Shown: positions 15,606 through 25,799, counted from the first letter of the stretch. The stretch is DNA of 64,000 nucleotides from an uncultured Candidatus Saccharibacteria bacterium (GCA_964527235.1 CAZGNC010000001.1:170344-234343); one strand, 5' to 3'. Translations and numbers: made by a program. The notes: generated from the sequence alone by a model not told the origin.

Positions 15606-17090
15606 ATGTCTTCAATTGATGAAATTAGAGATGTTAGACTCGCAAAATTAGAAATTCTAAAACAGAAAGGTGTGAATCCTTACCCGTCCGAGTCTAAGAG
15701 AGAGATGTCTCTGATTGATGCTATAAAAGATTTTGAAAAATTAGAAAAAGAAGGTGTAGATAAATGGGTCTCTGGGCGTGTGATGTCTATCCGTGGGCAA
15801 GGAGCCATAGTTTTCATTACTCTATATGATGGTACTGCGTCCTTTCAGGCATTACTCAAGAAAGATGTTTTAGGAGAAGATAAGCTTGCATTCTGGGGTG
15901 AGGTTGCCGATATCGGAGACTTCGTAGAAGTGCAGGGTAAATTCTTCACTACTCAAAGAGGCGAGAAGACAGTCGAGGTCAAGGATTGGCGTATGTTATC
16001 TAAGAGTTTGCGACCATTGCCTGAGAAATGGCATGGGCTTGTTGACGAAGAAACTAAATTCCGCAAAAGATATCTCGATATCCTAACTGATCCTAAGACT
16101 AAAGAAATTTTCATACAGAAAAATATTTTCTGGGCATCCTTTAGAGACTTCATGGTTCGTAAAGGATTCCTAGAACTCGAAATGCCCGTACTCGAGTCGA
16201 CTCCTGGTGGAGCAGAGGCGGAACCATTCAAGACCCATCACAACGCTCTCGATGAAGATTTCTATTTGCGTATATCTTTAGAGCTACCACTTAAGAAAAT
16301 GCTAGTGGCGGGTTATGAGAAAGTTTTTGAAATAGGAAGAATCTTTCGTAACGAAGGAATATCTGCAACACATTTGCAAGACTATACTCAGATGGAATTT
16401 TACTGGGCTTATTCAGACTTCGATGAGTTGATGAGTTTCTCTGAAGAGATGTATCAATACGTAATAGAGAAGACCTTCGGCACCCTAACCATAACCGCTA
16501 AAGACGAGACCATAGACTGGAGTGGTAAATGGGATAGAGTGAACTACGTAGATTTGTTTAAGGAAAATACAGGTATCGACCTTGAGACTGCCAGCGACAA
16601 GGATTTGAAAGATTACTTAGACAAGAATCATGTGAAGTACGAAGACTTCGTGAAGCGCGGACGATTGATAGATCTAGTTTTCAAAGATATTCGCAAGAAG
16701 GGTATCAAGTGGCAGGGTGCGAAACCAAACAAGCCGTTCTTCTTGATCAATCAACCAATAGAGCTTGAGCCACTTGCGAAGAAAGATGAAAAGAATCCAA
16801 AGCTCGTGCAGAGAATGCAGATTATTGCTTATGGCACAGAACTCGGTAAAGGTTTCGGTGAATTAAATGATCCTATTGATCAACGCGATAGATTTGAATC
16901 TCAAATGAAACTTCGTGAAGCAGGGGACGTAGAGGCGCAGATTCTTGATGAGGACTATGTAGAGGCTATGGAATACGGCATGCCACCATGCGTAGGCTTT
17001 GGCGTAAGTGAAAGACTATTTAGTGTACTTAAAGATATATCAGTTAGGGAAGGAGTGATATTCCCAACGATGAAGTCTAGGAAGGATTAG
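15606..17090 (+). CDS. lysS: lysine--tRNA ligase (class II)
   Basis: 494 aa; N-terminal OB anticodon-binding domain plus class II motifs (FRNEGISATHLQDYTQMEFY..., GFGVSERL). Confidence 0.9.
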   Translation: MSSIDEIRDVRLAKLEILKQKGVNPYPSESKREMSLIDAIKDFEKLEKEGVDKWVSGRVMSIRGQGAIVFITLYDGTASFQALLKKDVLGEDKLAFWGEVADIGDFVEVQGKFFTTQRGEKTVEVKDWRMLSKSLRPLPEKWHGLVDEETKFRKRYLDILTDPKTKEIFIQKNIFWASFRDFMVRKGFLELEMPVLESTPGGAEAEPFKTHHNALDEDFYLRISLELPLKKMLVAGYEKVFEIGRIFRNEGISATHLQDYTQMEFYWAYSDFDELMSFSEEMYQYVIEKTFGTLTITAKDETIDWSGKWDRVNYVDLFKENTGIDLETASDKDLKDYLDKNHVKYEDFVKRGRLIDLVFKDIRKKGIKWQGAKPNKPFFLINQPIELEPLAKKDEKNPKLVQRMQIIAYGTELGKGFGELNDPIDQRDRFESQMKLREAGDVEAQILDEDYVEAMEYGMPPCVGFGVSERLFSVLKDISVREGVIFPTMKSRKD

Positions 17091-17539
17091 ATAAATATCC
17101 TTCTCCTCGTTGCTTCAAAAATCATCGCAAGCCATAGAGCTTTGTCTTTTTCCCTGTTTTCTTTTATGGAAGACAAAAACCAGCTTCTTATCTGCTCGTC
17201 ATTGTATGTTTCTATTAGTTCTTTCTTATACTCCGCTACTTTTCTAGCTTCGCTTTCTGATAGGGGAGTTTTGAGTAGGATATCTTCGAGTTCTTGAAAT
17301 ATTTGTAAGAAAATTTTAGATTCTATTTGTTTTTGTTGGTATGTGTAAAAATTACCACCCTCGAATCTACCTTCACCTCTTTTATTTCTTTCATCTATTT
17401 TTTTTCTTAAATCAATTACCCCCTCAAGGTCTTCAGGGGTGGGTTTTTCCTTAGGAGTTTTATCTTCAGGTTTTTCTTCATTTTTATGGTTGCCAGGAAA
17501 CTTTATTTCATTGTCTCTTTCTCCACCGTTTTCTTTCAT
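17087..17539 (-). CDS. hypothetical protein (150 aa, charged, Lys/Glu-rich N-terminus)
   Basis: ORF with host-like composition; no recognisable domain; stop overlaps the lysS stop by 4 nt (convergent). Confidence 0.4.
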   Translation of the reverse strand: MKENGGERDNEIKFPGNHKNEEKPEDKTPKEKPTPEDLEGVIDLRKKIDERNKRGEGRFEGGNFYTYQQKQIESKIFLQIFQELEDILLKTPLSESEARKVAEYKKELIETYNDEQIRSWFLSSIKENREKDKALWLAMIFEATRRRIFI

Positions 17540-17686
17540 GGGTAAATTTTAGCATAAAGTAAAACAAACCAACACTAAAAGGGTTAAATCCTGTTTATTT
17601 TTCAGGATTTTTGTCTGTTTCTAATATTTCTGAGAAAGTCTTAAGTTATCCACACATTTTGTTTGGTGGCGGGGGAATGATTAGCG

Positions 17687-17728
17687 TATAATATACCAAG
17701 TGGGAAAAAGTGGGAAATGAAGTGGTAA
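17687..17728 (+). promoter_or_regulatory. mraZ promoter region with three GTGG(G) direct repeats spaced ~10 bp apart (MraZ-box-like)
   Basis: cgTATAATatacc -10 element, then caaGTGGGaaaaaGTGGGaaatgaaGTGGtaat directly upstream of the mraZ ATG. Confidence 0.45.
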
Positions 17729-17737
17729 TAAAATTTT

Positions 17738-18172
17738 ATGCTCATCGGCGAATATATTCACACAATTGATGAAAAGAACAGAATTTCCTTGCCGGCAAAA
17801 TTCCGAAAGGAAATGGGTAAAAAAGTTATCATCACTCCAGGTCTTGATAACTGTTTGTTCGTTTTCACAATTGCAGAATGGAAGAAAGTTTCTGAGAGAC
17901 TTGCGGGAAGTGGGGCTGACCTATCATTCCTAAAAGCAGATCAGAGAACATTCAGCAGAAATATGTTCGGTCAGGCTATGGATGTCGATGTTGATTCCAT
18001 CGGTAGAATTTTGATCCCGGATTATTTGAAAGAAAGAGTGAAGCTTTCAGGCTCTGCTGCACTCATCGGGGTTCAGGATCGAGTCGAGGTGTGGAATGAC
18101 AAGGTGTGGAAGGAGACCAAGGCTAAAGCCGAGAGACAAGCAGAAGAATTAGCAGAGAAATTGGCAAGATAG
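17738..18172 (+). CDS. mraZ: transcriptional regulator MraZ
   Basis: 144 aa; tandem MraZ domains, each with a DxxxR motif (IDEKNRISLP..., VDSIGRILIP...). Confidence 0.85.
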   Translation: MLIGEYIHTIDEKNRISLPAKFRKEMGKKVIITPGLDNCLFVFTIAEWKKVSERLAGSGADLSFLKADQRTFSRNMFGQAMDVDVDSIGRILIPDYLKERVKLSGSAALIGVQDRVEVWNDKVWKETKAKAERQAEELAEKLAR

Positions 18173-18178
18173 CCCATT

Positions 18179-19075
18179 ATGAAAAGCGTCCATCAGTCAG
18201 TTCTTTTAAATGAAACCATAGAAGGCTTGAACTTGAGAGATGGTTCTGTCGTGGTTGATGGCACATTCGGTGGAGGTGGGCACAGTGCCGAAGTTTGTCG
18301 TCGGTCTAAGGGAGTGAAGATTATCGCCATAGATCAGGACAAGAGTGCGCTTGCGAAAGCCGAAGATAAGTTCGAGGGGTTAGAGTGTGATTTGAATTTT
18401 GTAAACGGTAACTTCAGAGAGATTGCAGAAATTTTACAAAAGGAGAAGGTGGAGAAAGTGTCTGGAATTATTTTAGACTTAGGACTTTCTTCAGATCAGT
18501 TAGAGAATTCCGGTCGGGGATTTTCTTTTATGAAATCGGAGCCATTGCTCATGACCATGAAAGAAAATCCGCGCCCAGAAGATTTAACGGCGCAGGACAT
18601 CGTAAATACTTGGGGCGAGCAGAGTCTCGCTGACATTATCTACGGTTATGGTGAGGAGAGGTATGCCAAGAGGATAGCCAGAGGCATCATCGAGGCAAGG
18701 AAGAAGGTAAAGATAGAGACGACTTTCGACTTGGTGCAAATCATAAAGGATTCTGTGCCAGGCTCATATGCGAAAGGTCGCATCAGTCCCGCTACCAAGA
18801 CTTTTCAAGCACTGCGCATAGCAGTCAACGACGAGTTGGGGGCCTTAGAGATGGGGCTTAGGGAAGGTTTCAAAGTTTTAGAGAAAGGTGGCAGGATGTG
18901 CGTTATTTCTTTTCATAGTCTAGAAGACAGGATAGTGAAAAGATTTTTTAAAGAATTGGCGACAGAGGGCAATGCGAAGCTCGTAAACAAGAAACCGATT
19001 ACAGCTTCTGCGGAAGAATTAAAAGCAAACCCAAGAGCACGAAGTGCAAAGTTAAGAATTTTAGAAAAAATATGA
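18179..19075 (+). CDS. rsmH: 16S rRNA (cytosine1402-N4)-methyltransferase RsmH
   Basis: 298 aa; SAM-binding VVDGTFGGGGHS and the conserved FHSLEDRIVK motif. Confidence 0.85.
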   Translation: MKSVHQSVLLNETIEGLNLRDGSVVVDGTFGGGGHSAEVCRRSKGVKIIAIDQDKSALAKAEDKFEGLECDLNFVNGNFREIAEILQKEKVEKVSGIILDLGLSSDQLENSGRGFSFMKSEPLLMTMKENPRPEDLTAQDIVNTWGEQSLADIIYGYGEERYAKRIARGIIEARKKVKIETTFDLVQIIKDSVPGSYAKGRISPATKTFQALRIAVNDELGALEMGLREGFKVLEKGGRMCVISFHSLEDRIVKRFFKELATEGNAKLVNKKPITASAEELKANPRARSAKLRILEKI

Positions 19076-19428
19076 AACACGTAGGATTACAAATAAAGAC
19101 ATATGCAGGAAGTGTAAGCATAGTTGATAGTGGCAACCTCGAGAAGAGGGCGTTGTCTTTGATGTTGATGTCCTTCGGCGTGTTGGCGGTTTTCTATATG
19201 TTGATTTTAGGTAACATGGTTTGGAACATTATTGAGCGTAAGTCATTAGAGGCTAATGCCCGAGTACTGCTTTCTGAGATAGGGGAGCTAGAGCTTAATT
19301 ACTTAACTCTGTCTTCTAAGATAGATCCTAATCTAGGGCTCTCGATGGGCTTCAAAGAAGCTGAGACAAAACAGTTCGCTACACGCCGATCTGTGGGAAG
19401 TTTAAAACTAGTTAAAAATGAATTATAG
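19072..19428 (+). CDS. ftsL: FtsL/septum-formation-initiator-like single-pass membrane protein
   Basis: 118 aa; one TM helix followed by a coiled-coil; position between rsmH and ftsI in the dcw cluster. Confidence 0.45.
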   Translation: MKHVGLQIKTYAGSVSIVDSGNLEKRALSLMLMSFGVLAVFYMLILGNMVWNIIERKSLEANARVLLSEIGELELNYLTLSSKIDPNLGLSMGFKEAETKQFATRRSVGSLKLVKNEL

Positions 19429-21148
19429 TTTTTCGCATTCTCCTTCTAGGGTAAAGATTGTATCTTTTTTTATTATTTCGTTTGCTCTTGTTTTAGTATT
19501 AAAACTTTTTTTCGTACAAGTAGTACACAGTAGTTCGTACAGCGAACGTGCAGATCGTCAGTATGCGACACCGTCTTCTAGTATTTTCGAAAGAGGTACT
19601 ATATTTTTTGAGCGTAAGGACGGGCACTTGGTTTCTGCCGCGACCCAAGTATCCGGATTCAAGCTTACCATAGATGCTACTAAAATTTTAAACAAAGAAG
19701 ATGTCTACAACAACTTAGCCGACATCGTCGACTTAAATCAGGAGGATTTTCTAACTAAAGCTAGTAAGTCTAAAGACGTTTATGAAGAAGTTGCACACAG
19801 ACTTACCAAAGAGCAGGCAGATGCGATTTCAGCTCTCAAGATTCCTGGCGTTTCTATATTTAAAGAAAAATGGCGATTCTATCCAGGGGAGAATCTTGCC
19901 TCCCATGTGCTCGGCTTCGTGGGTTATAACGGCAACGAACTCGACGGCCGTTACGGGCTCGAGAGGCAATTCGACGTGAATTTATCGCAAGACAAGAACA
20001 GTCCTTATGTTAACTTCTTTGCTGAAGTTTTCTCAAATATTCGTGATACGTTATTTAAAAGTGAAGAGCAGAGCGGGAATATCGTGACTACTATCGAACC
20101 AGTGGTGGCAGATATTCTAGAGAAGAAGCTTGAAGAAGTGAAGGCGAAATATAATGCATCCTCAGTGGGCGGTATCATTATGAATCCTAAAGACGGCTCT
20201 ATATATGCGATGTCAGTAAAGCCCGACTTTGATCCCAATAATTTCTCGAAAGTTGATAAGACTTCTGTTTTCTCAAACCCAATAGTAGAAAACGTTTTCG
20301 AATTCGGTTCGGTGGTCAAGCCTCTGGTTATGGCCGCGGGGCTAGATACTGGGGTGGTGACTGCAGGGACAATGTATGACGATAAGGGCTCAGTGACTGT
20401 GGAGAAAAAAATAATAAACAACTTCGACAAGAAAGCTCGTGGGGTAGTAGATATGCAAGAAGTTCTCGGGCAGTCACTCAACACAGGTATGGTATTCGTA
20501 TATCAGAAACTTGGCAAACAGAGAATGCATGACTACATGATGGCATATGGCATTGGGGAGAAAACAGGAATAGATTTACCTAACGAGACTAGTGGCCTGG
20601 TATCTAACCTTACTTCGAATTTAAAAAATGCACGTGCGATAGAATACACCAACGCTTCTTTCGGTCAGGGTATCGCACTCACTCCTATCGAGATGGTGCG
20701 AGCACTGGCTTCACTCGGGAACGGTGGCAACCTGGTAACTCCGCACGTAGTAAAGTCTATCAAGTATGATACGGGTCTAGAAAAAAAGTTTACCTATGAG
20801 ACAAAGCCCACCAAGATCTCTCCTGCAACTTCTGAAGAAATTACCCGCATGCTGGTGAAAGTTTTAGATAAATCTCTTTCAGAAGGTAAACAGAAGATGG
20901 AGCATTATTCTATCGCAGTAAAAACCGGAACAGCGCAAGTTGCGAAAGACGGTGGCGGAGGATATTATGAAGACAAGCATATGCATTCGTTCTTCGGATA
21001 TTTCCCAGCACATGACCCGAAGTTCATCGTTTTCCTTTATGCTATTGACCCGAGAGGTGTGCTGTATGCGTCGCAGACTTGGACTACACCGTTTATGGAC
21101 ATTACTAAATTCCTGCTCAACTATTACGAAGTTCCTCCTGACAGATAG
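19418..21148 (+). CDS. ftsI: penicillin-binding protein (class B transpeptidase, FtsI/PBP2-like)
   Basis: 576 aa; N-terminal TM; transpeptidase motifs SVVKP (SxxK), SLN (SxN) and KTGTA (KTG). Confidence 0.8.
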   Translation: MNYSFSHSPSRVKIVSFFIISFALVLVLKLFFVQVVHSSSYSERADRQYATPSSSIFERGTIFFERKDGHLVSAATQVSGFKLTIDATKILNKEDVYNNLADIVDLNQEDFLTKASKSKDVYEEVAHRLTKEQADAISALKIPGVSIFKEKWRFYPGENLASHVLGFVGYNGNELDGRYGLERQFDVNLSQDKNSPYVNFFAEVFSNIRDTLFKSEEQSGNIVTTIEPVVADILEKKLEEVKAKYNASSVGGIIMNPKDGSIYAMSVKPDFDPNNFSKVDKTSVFSNPIVENVFEFGSVVKPLVMAAGLDTGVVTAGTMYDDKGSVTVEKKIINNFDKKARGVVDMQEVLGQSLNTGMVFVYQKLGKQRMHDYMMAYGIGEKTGIDLPNETSGLVSNLTSNLKNARAIEYTNASFGQGIALTPIEMVRALASLGNGGNLVTPHVVKSIKYDTGLEKKFTYETKPTKISPATSEEITRMLVKVLDKSLSEGKQKMEHYSIAVKTGTAQVAKDGGGGYYEDKHMHSFFGYFPAHDPKFIVFLYAIDPRGVLYASQTWTTPFMDITKFLLNYYEVPPDR

Positions 21149-21194
21149 TCTGTGATGAGAAAGAGTGAACCATTAATTTTAACTTTAACTATTC

Positions 21195-22490
21195 ATGAGG
21201 ACAGCAACCAAAAAAATACTTTCATATGTTTTGCAATTAGAATCACGTTTGATACTTTGGAGATATAAGCCGAAGATAGTAGCTATTACTGGCTCAGTCG
21301 GCAAGACTTCAACCAAAGATGCAGTCTATGCTGTGCTCTCTAAGGTAACTTATGTCCGCAAGAGCGAGAAGAGCTACAACAGCGAGCTTGGGTTGCCACT
21401 GACAGTAATGGGTTGTCCTAATGGTTGGAATAGCCCTACGCTATGGGCACGCAATCTTCTACGAGGATTGTGGATTTTCATATATCCTCATAAATACCCT
21501 AAATGGCTAGTTCTCGAGGTGGGAGTTGGCAAACCTGGAGATATGGATATTACTGCATCTTGGCTTAAGACTGATGCGGTTATTATAACTGCGATAGGTG
21601 AAACCCCAGCACACATAGAATTTTTCGAATCCAAGAAGCATGTTATCGAAGAGAAGAGTAAACTCATCAAGACTTTGAAGCCTGACGGATTCCTGATTTT
21701 AAATGCTGATGACCCGAACGTTATAGGACTTAAATCTAAAACTAAAAATCGCCTAGTAACTTTCGGATTCACGGAGAATTCTGACGTATGTGCTTCGACT
21801 GAGAGTATTCTGTATGAGAAAGACGGGACGCCGGCTGGTATGGCTTTTAGGGTTGATGAGGACGCGCGCAGTCTGCCAGTGATAATAGAAGGCGTGTTCG
21901 GGACAAACCACATATATGCTTCGCTTGGGGCGCTGGCTTTTGCCTCAGGATTGAAATTAAATATTCTAAACGCTATCGATGCACTCAAGAACTATGATGT
22001 GCCACCAGGACGCATGCGATTACTCAAGGGTATCAATCAGACACTCATTCTCGATGATACTTATAACTCTTCACCGACAGCTTCGAGGTCTGCGCTCTTC
22101 ACACTCGGAGGGGTAAAGTCCAAAGGACGCAAGATTGCAGTCTTAGGCGACATGCTTCAGTTGGGCAAACACACAGAAGAAGCACACAAGAGTATCGGCA
22201 CCGCCGTGAAAGATATTGCTGACGTGCTTATGGTGGTAGGTATGCGTGCGAAGTCTATAGCGCTAGGAGCGCATGAGGCGGGCATGGATGCAAAAAATAT
22301 TATTGAATTCACAAACTCCAAAGAAGCGGGGGAATTCTTGAAAAACTTTATACATAAAAATGATTTTATTTTAATAAAAGGCTCGCAGGGTATGCGCATG
22401 GAGCGAGCAGTCGAAGCCATACTAGAAGATCAAGCACACAAGAGCACGCTACTAGTCAGACAAGATGCCGAGTGGCTCAAAAAGGCGTAA
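21195..22490 (+). CDS. murF: Mur ligase family protein (MurF-like UDP-MurNAc-peptide ligase)
   Basis: 431 aa; P-loop ITGSVGKTSTKD; Mur ligase middle and C-terminal domains; dcw position after ftsI. Confidence 0.6.
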   Translation: MRTATKKILSYVLQLESRLILWRYKPKIVAITGSVGKTSTKDAVYAVLSKVTYVRKSEKSYNSELGLPLTVMGCPNGWNSPTLWARNLLRGLWIFIYPHKYPKWLVLEVGVGKPGDMDITASWLKTDAVIITAIGETPAHIEFFESKKHVIEEKSKLIKTLKPDGFLILNADDPNVIGLKSKTKNRLVTFGFTENSDVCASTESILYEKDGTPAGMAFRVDEDARSLPVIIEGVFGTNHIYASLGALAFASGLKLNILNAIDALKNYDVPPGRMRLLKGINQTLILDDTYNSSPTASRSALFTLGGVKSKGRKIAVLGDMLQLGKHTEEAHKSIGTAVKDIADVLMVVGMRAKSIALGAHEAGMDAKNIIEFTNSKEAGEFLKNFIHKNDFILIKGSQGMRMERAVEAILEDQAHKSTLLVRQDAEWLKKA

Positions 22491-22510
22491 AAGGTTTTCC
22501 ACATTTTGTT

Positions 22511-22539
22511 TTGACTAAAATTTTCTAAATATACATAAT
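22511..22539 (+). promoter_or_regulatory. sigma70-like promoter TTGACT-N17-CATAAT driving GC-rich island 3
   Basis: ttgactaaaattttctaaatatacataat, followed by a 5'-UTR hairpin tctccag...ctggaga (22546-22579). Confidence 0.4.
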
Positions 22540-22604
22540 TAAAGTTCTCCAGCATTCTCGAACTGGTTGAGACTGGAGATTCGCTCTTTCGTCGGAGGTT
22601 TCTC

Positions 22605-22703
22605 ATGGCCGCGAAGCTGAAGATGAGTCGGAAACACGGTGTCATCACCTGTGGCCGGAACCATCAGTGCGTCGGCGCCAAGCGCAATCGCCGCAACCGC
22701 TGA
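22605..22703 (+). CDS. basic 32-aa peptide with two Cys (MAAKLKMSRKHGVITCGRNHQCVGAKRNRRNR)
   Basis: SD GGAGGT 8 nt upstream of ATG; strong GC3 bias; followed by a 9-bp-stem hairpin agaccaccg...cggtggtct (22776-22805). Confidence 0.3.
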   Translation: MAAKLKMSRKHGVITCGRNHQCVGAKRNRRNR

Positions 22704-22831
22704 TGCCGCGGATCAACCAAAGGGAACGTTCGCCCCCGAACGCTCCGCCCTGGTAAGGGGAATCATGGGGGGTACAGACCACCGTCGCTTCGGCGCCGGT
22801 GGTCTCTCTCATTTATGGGAGATTTTAAATA

Positions 22832-22863
22832 TAAAAACAAACGCCGGCTCGAGGTGAGCCGGC
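22832..22863 (-). terminator. hairpin plus T-run terminator of the island-3 minus-strand gene
   Basis: gccggctc-gaggt-gagccggc with, on the minus strand, gtttgttttt downstream. Confidence 0.45.
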
Positions 22864-22894
22864 GGGACGCGATGGGGTTCGGTAGGCGTGGTGC

Positions 22895-23083
22895 CTACTT
22901 TTTTTTGTGGACAAACGACACGATCCACATGAGCCCTCCTAGGATCGCAAGGATTCCCAGGAGGAAAAAGTGCCAGAATGTGCCCAATGAGAACTTCGTC
23001 GGGCCGGGGATTGGGCTGTGCGGGCCCTGGTTGAGCTTTGAGTTGATGTTCTCAAACGGCACGTGATCCAGACGCATGTTCAC
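22895..23083 (-). CDS. small C-terminally anchored membrane protein (62 aa) in GC-rich island 3
   Basis: SD GAGGTGA 4 nt upstream of ATG; ...TFWHFFLLGILAILGGLMWIVSFVHKKK; terminator immediately after the stop. Confidence 0.45.
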   Translation of the reverse strand: MNMRLDHVPFENINSKLNQGPHSPIPGPTKFSLGTFWHFFLLGILAILGGLMWIVSFVHKKK

Positions 23084-23168
23084 CTCAGGTTGGGGTGCGA
23101 GTCTTTTCTTACTTTGACATAAAAAGCTTAAAAATCAAAACCCTTAGAGGTTTTCCACAGCTGACTAG

Positions 23169-23206
23169 TTGACTCTAGATACCCTATACCCTATAGTATA
23201 GGGTAT
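23169..23206 (+). promoter_or_regulatory. csoR promoter (TTGACT-N17-TATAGT) overlapping a perfect CsoR-type operator palindrome that reaches the start codon
   Basis: ATACCCTATA-g-TATAGGGTAT (23186-23206; 10-bp arms) preceded by a partial repeat ataccctat; the ATG follows ~8 nt after the -10, so likely leaderless. Confidence 0.55.
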
Positions 23207-23492
23207 GAAACACATACATAAACATAGTGCACAGAAGCATGGTGAGCCGAACGACAAGGCTCGTAAAGTTATAAATATGGCTAGTGGTAGTTTGGCGAAG
23301 ATTCCAGGAATGGTAGATGAGAATCGTTATTGCCCAGACATTATTCAGCAGATCGATAGTGTTGTCGGCCTACTTCACAGTGCTCGCAAAGAACTTCTCA
23401 AGGGTCATCTTGATTCTTGTATTGTTGAACAACTAAAAAGTGACAAAGATGGCGCGGTGAAAGAGCTATTGAAAATTTATAATATGCAATAA
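23205..23492 (+). CDS. csoR: copper-sensing transcriptional repressor CsoR (CsoR/RcnR family)
   Basis: 95 aa; NRYCPDIIQQIDSVVGLLHSARKELLKGHLDSCI contains the Cys-His-Cys Cu(I) ligand pattern of CsoR. Confidence 0.8.
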   Translation: MKHIHKHSAQKHGEPNDKARKVINMASGSLAKIPGMVDENRYCPDIIQQIDSVVGLLHSARKELLKGHLDSCIVEQLKSDKDGAVKELLKIYNMQ

Positions 23493-23493
23493 T

Positions 23494-25797
23494 TTGAAAC
23501 CTATGAATAATCCCAAGATTTTTAAAATAAAAGGAATGCATTGTGCCTCATGCGCTGGGATAATAGAAAGAACTTTCAAGAAAGAAGATGGTGTTATTTC
23601 TGCTGAGGTGAATTATGGAACCGAGACAGCTAAAGTCTCTTATGATGAATCCAAAACTGATCCGCACACACTGTCTTCTCATATAGAACACCTAGGATAC
23701 TCTTTAGTGATGCCTTCTGCTAGTGAAATGGGAATGTCTCAAGATGAGCATAGTGCACATCTAGGTTTAAGCCAGTCCAAAGAAGAAAAACTTGCTGAGC
23801 TTAAAGAAATGCGAACCAAGATACTCACCGCTATACCTTTGGCTATTGTGAGTATTTTAATGATGACGTATGAAATTTTAGCGAAATATCAGAAAGTTCC
23901 AGAAATGAGTATGGTGTTTGAAGAATTTTTCCATCATCTTTTACCTTTGTTCGCGACCTATATGCTTTTCGTGGTGGGTAAGCCTTATCTCTTAGGGTTT
24001 TATAGATTTTTGCGTTATGGCAAGGCCAATATGGATACACTCATAGGTATCGGTACAGTCTCTGCATATTTATATAGTTTTCTTATCTCAGCTTTTGAAG
24101 GACCACTGAGTAAATTTATAAATGTTGAAGCATCGTATTACGATGTGACTATAGTTGTTATTACTTTCATTGCTCTCGGTAAATATTTAGAAACAAAATC
24201 AAAAATAAAGACAGGAGATGCGATAGAAAAGTTGCTAAATCTACAGGCCAAGACCGCACTCGTTAGGAGGGATGGTAGAGAAATAGAAATCTCTATCACT
24301 GAAGTCGTGCATGGAGATCTGATTATCATCAAGCCCGGGGCGAAAATCCCTGTAGATGGAGTTATCACCGAAGGAGAGTCTTTTGTTGATGAAGCTTTAG
24401 TTACAGGGGAGCCGATGCCAGTAAAGAAGAAATCTGGAGACAGTGTGGTGGGAGGAACTATCAATACTAGTGGCGCATTTGTGTTCAAGGCGACCAAGGT
24501 AGGCGATGAGACTTTACTTGCTCAGATAATAACTATGGTAGAAGAAGCACAAGGAAGCCGAGCCCCTATTCAAGCACTAGCAGATAAGATTTCTGCGATT
24601 TTCGTACCGATAGTTATCGGCATCGCGTTTGTTGCGTTGGCTTTGTGGCTTGTGTTGGGAGCTGGCTCGCTTGGATTTGCTCAAGCTCTATCTTATGGTC
24701 TTGTATCTTTCGTGGGAGTGTTGGTTATTGCTTGTCCATGTGCGCTCGGTCTCGCTACTCCGACAGCTATTATCGTTGGAGTAGGCAAGGGAGCGAAAGA
24801 AGGAATCCTTATTAAAGACGCAGCGACACTACAAAAATTACATAAAGTAGATACTGTTGTTGTTGATAAGACGGGGACCATTACCATAGGCAAGCCAACT
24901 CTGGTGGATATAGAGAATTTCTCTTCGCTCGAAGATCAACAGCTGATATCGATTCTCGCTTCACTTGAAAGAAAATCCGAACATCCTATCGCGCACGCTA
25001 TTTTGAATTATGCAGAGGCCAAGAATATCACGACACAAGATGTTTTAAATTTCGAAGGCCTACAAGGTAAGGGGCTTAAAGGCAAGATTGATGGGCAAGA
25101 ATATTTCGCTGGCAATCTAAAACTCGTCCAGGATTTAGGTATTGCTTTCGATATCAAAGAAATCGAAAAATATACCATGGAAGGTAAAACCCCGGTTATT
25201 ATTGCTACAACAACGAAAGTCCTGGGCTTTGTAACAGTATCTGATGAAATAAAAACTGAGTCCAAGAAAGCTGTAGTAGATTTGCAGAAACTCGGAATCA
25301 ACGTCGTCATGTTAACCGGGGATGATGAAAAAGCTGCGAAGTACATGGCGTCACTGGTTGGGATTTCTGATGTGGTGCCGAATGTTCTACCCCAAGATAA
25401 ATTAGAAAAAATTAAAAAATTGCAGGCTCAAGGACGGGTAGTGGCGATGGCGGGAGACGGTGTCAACGACGCCCCAGCGCTTGCCCAAGCAGATGTGGGC
25501 GTGGCGATGTCTACTGGGACTGATGTTGCCATAGAGTCTGCGGGGATTACGTTGCTTCATGGCGACATTTCTAGATTAGTTAAAGCCATCAAGTTGTCCA
25601 AGATGACTATGCGAGGCATCAAGCAAAATCTCTTCTGGGCTTTCGTGTACAATATAGTCGGCATACCTTTAGCTGCGGGATTGTTTTACCCGATATTTGG
25701 CTGGTTGCTCTCTCCGGTATTTGCTGGTTTCGCTATGGCAATGTCTAGTGTTTCAGTTGTCGGAAATTCACTTCGTATTAAAAGTAAAAAATTATAA
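23494..25797 (+). CDS. copA: copper-translocating P1B-type ATPase
   Basis: 767 aa; N-terminal HMA GMHCASCAG; TM CPC motif (ACPCALG); DKTGTIT phosphorylation site; GDGVNDAPAL hinge. Confidence 0.9.
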   Translation: MKPMNNPKIFKIKGMHCASCAGIIERTFKKEDGVISAEVNYGTETAKVSYDESKTDPHTLSSHIEHLGYSLVMPSASEMGMSQDEHSAHLGLSQSKEEKLAELKEMRTKILTAIPLAIVSILMMTYEILAKYQKVPEMSMVFEEFFHHLLPLFATYMLFVVGKPYLLGFYRFLRYGKANMDTLIGIGTVSAYLYSFLISAFEGPLSKFINVEASYYDVTIVVITFIALGKYLETKSKIKTGDAIEKLLNLQAKTALVRRDGREIEISITEVVHGDLIIIKPGAKIPVDGVITEGESFVDEALVTGEPMPVKKKSGDSVVGGTINTSGAFVFKATKVGDETLLAQIITMVEEAQGSRAPIQALADKISAIFVPIVIGIAFVALALWLVLGAGSLGFAQALSYGLVSFVGVLVIACPCALGLATPTAIIVGVGKGAKEGILIKDAATLQKLHKVDTVVVDKTGTITIGKPTLVDIENFSSLEDQQLISILASLERKSEHPIAHAILNYAEAKNITTQDVLNFEGLQGKGLKGKIDGQEYFAGNLKLVQDLGIAFDIKEIEKYTMEGKTPVIIATTTKVLGFVTVSDEIKTESKKAVVDLQKLGINVVMLTGDDEKAAKYMASLVGISDVVPNVLPQDKLEKIKKLQAQGRVVAMAGDGVNDAPALAQADVGVAMSTGTDVAIESAGITLLHGDISRLVKAIKLSKMTMRGIKQNLFWAFVYNIVGIPLAAGLFYPIFGWLLSPVFAGFAMAMSSVSVVGNSLRIKSKKL

Positions 25798-25799
25798 TT

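Noticed and set aside
22768-22860. Possible 30-aa ORF (MGGTDHRRFGAGGLSHLWEILNIKTNAGSR) after the 32-aa peptide gene
   Set aside because: The sequence is dominated by a 9-bp-stem hairpin (agaccaccg...cggtggtct) and the convergent terminator. It is more parsimoniously a terminator region than a coding one.
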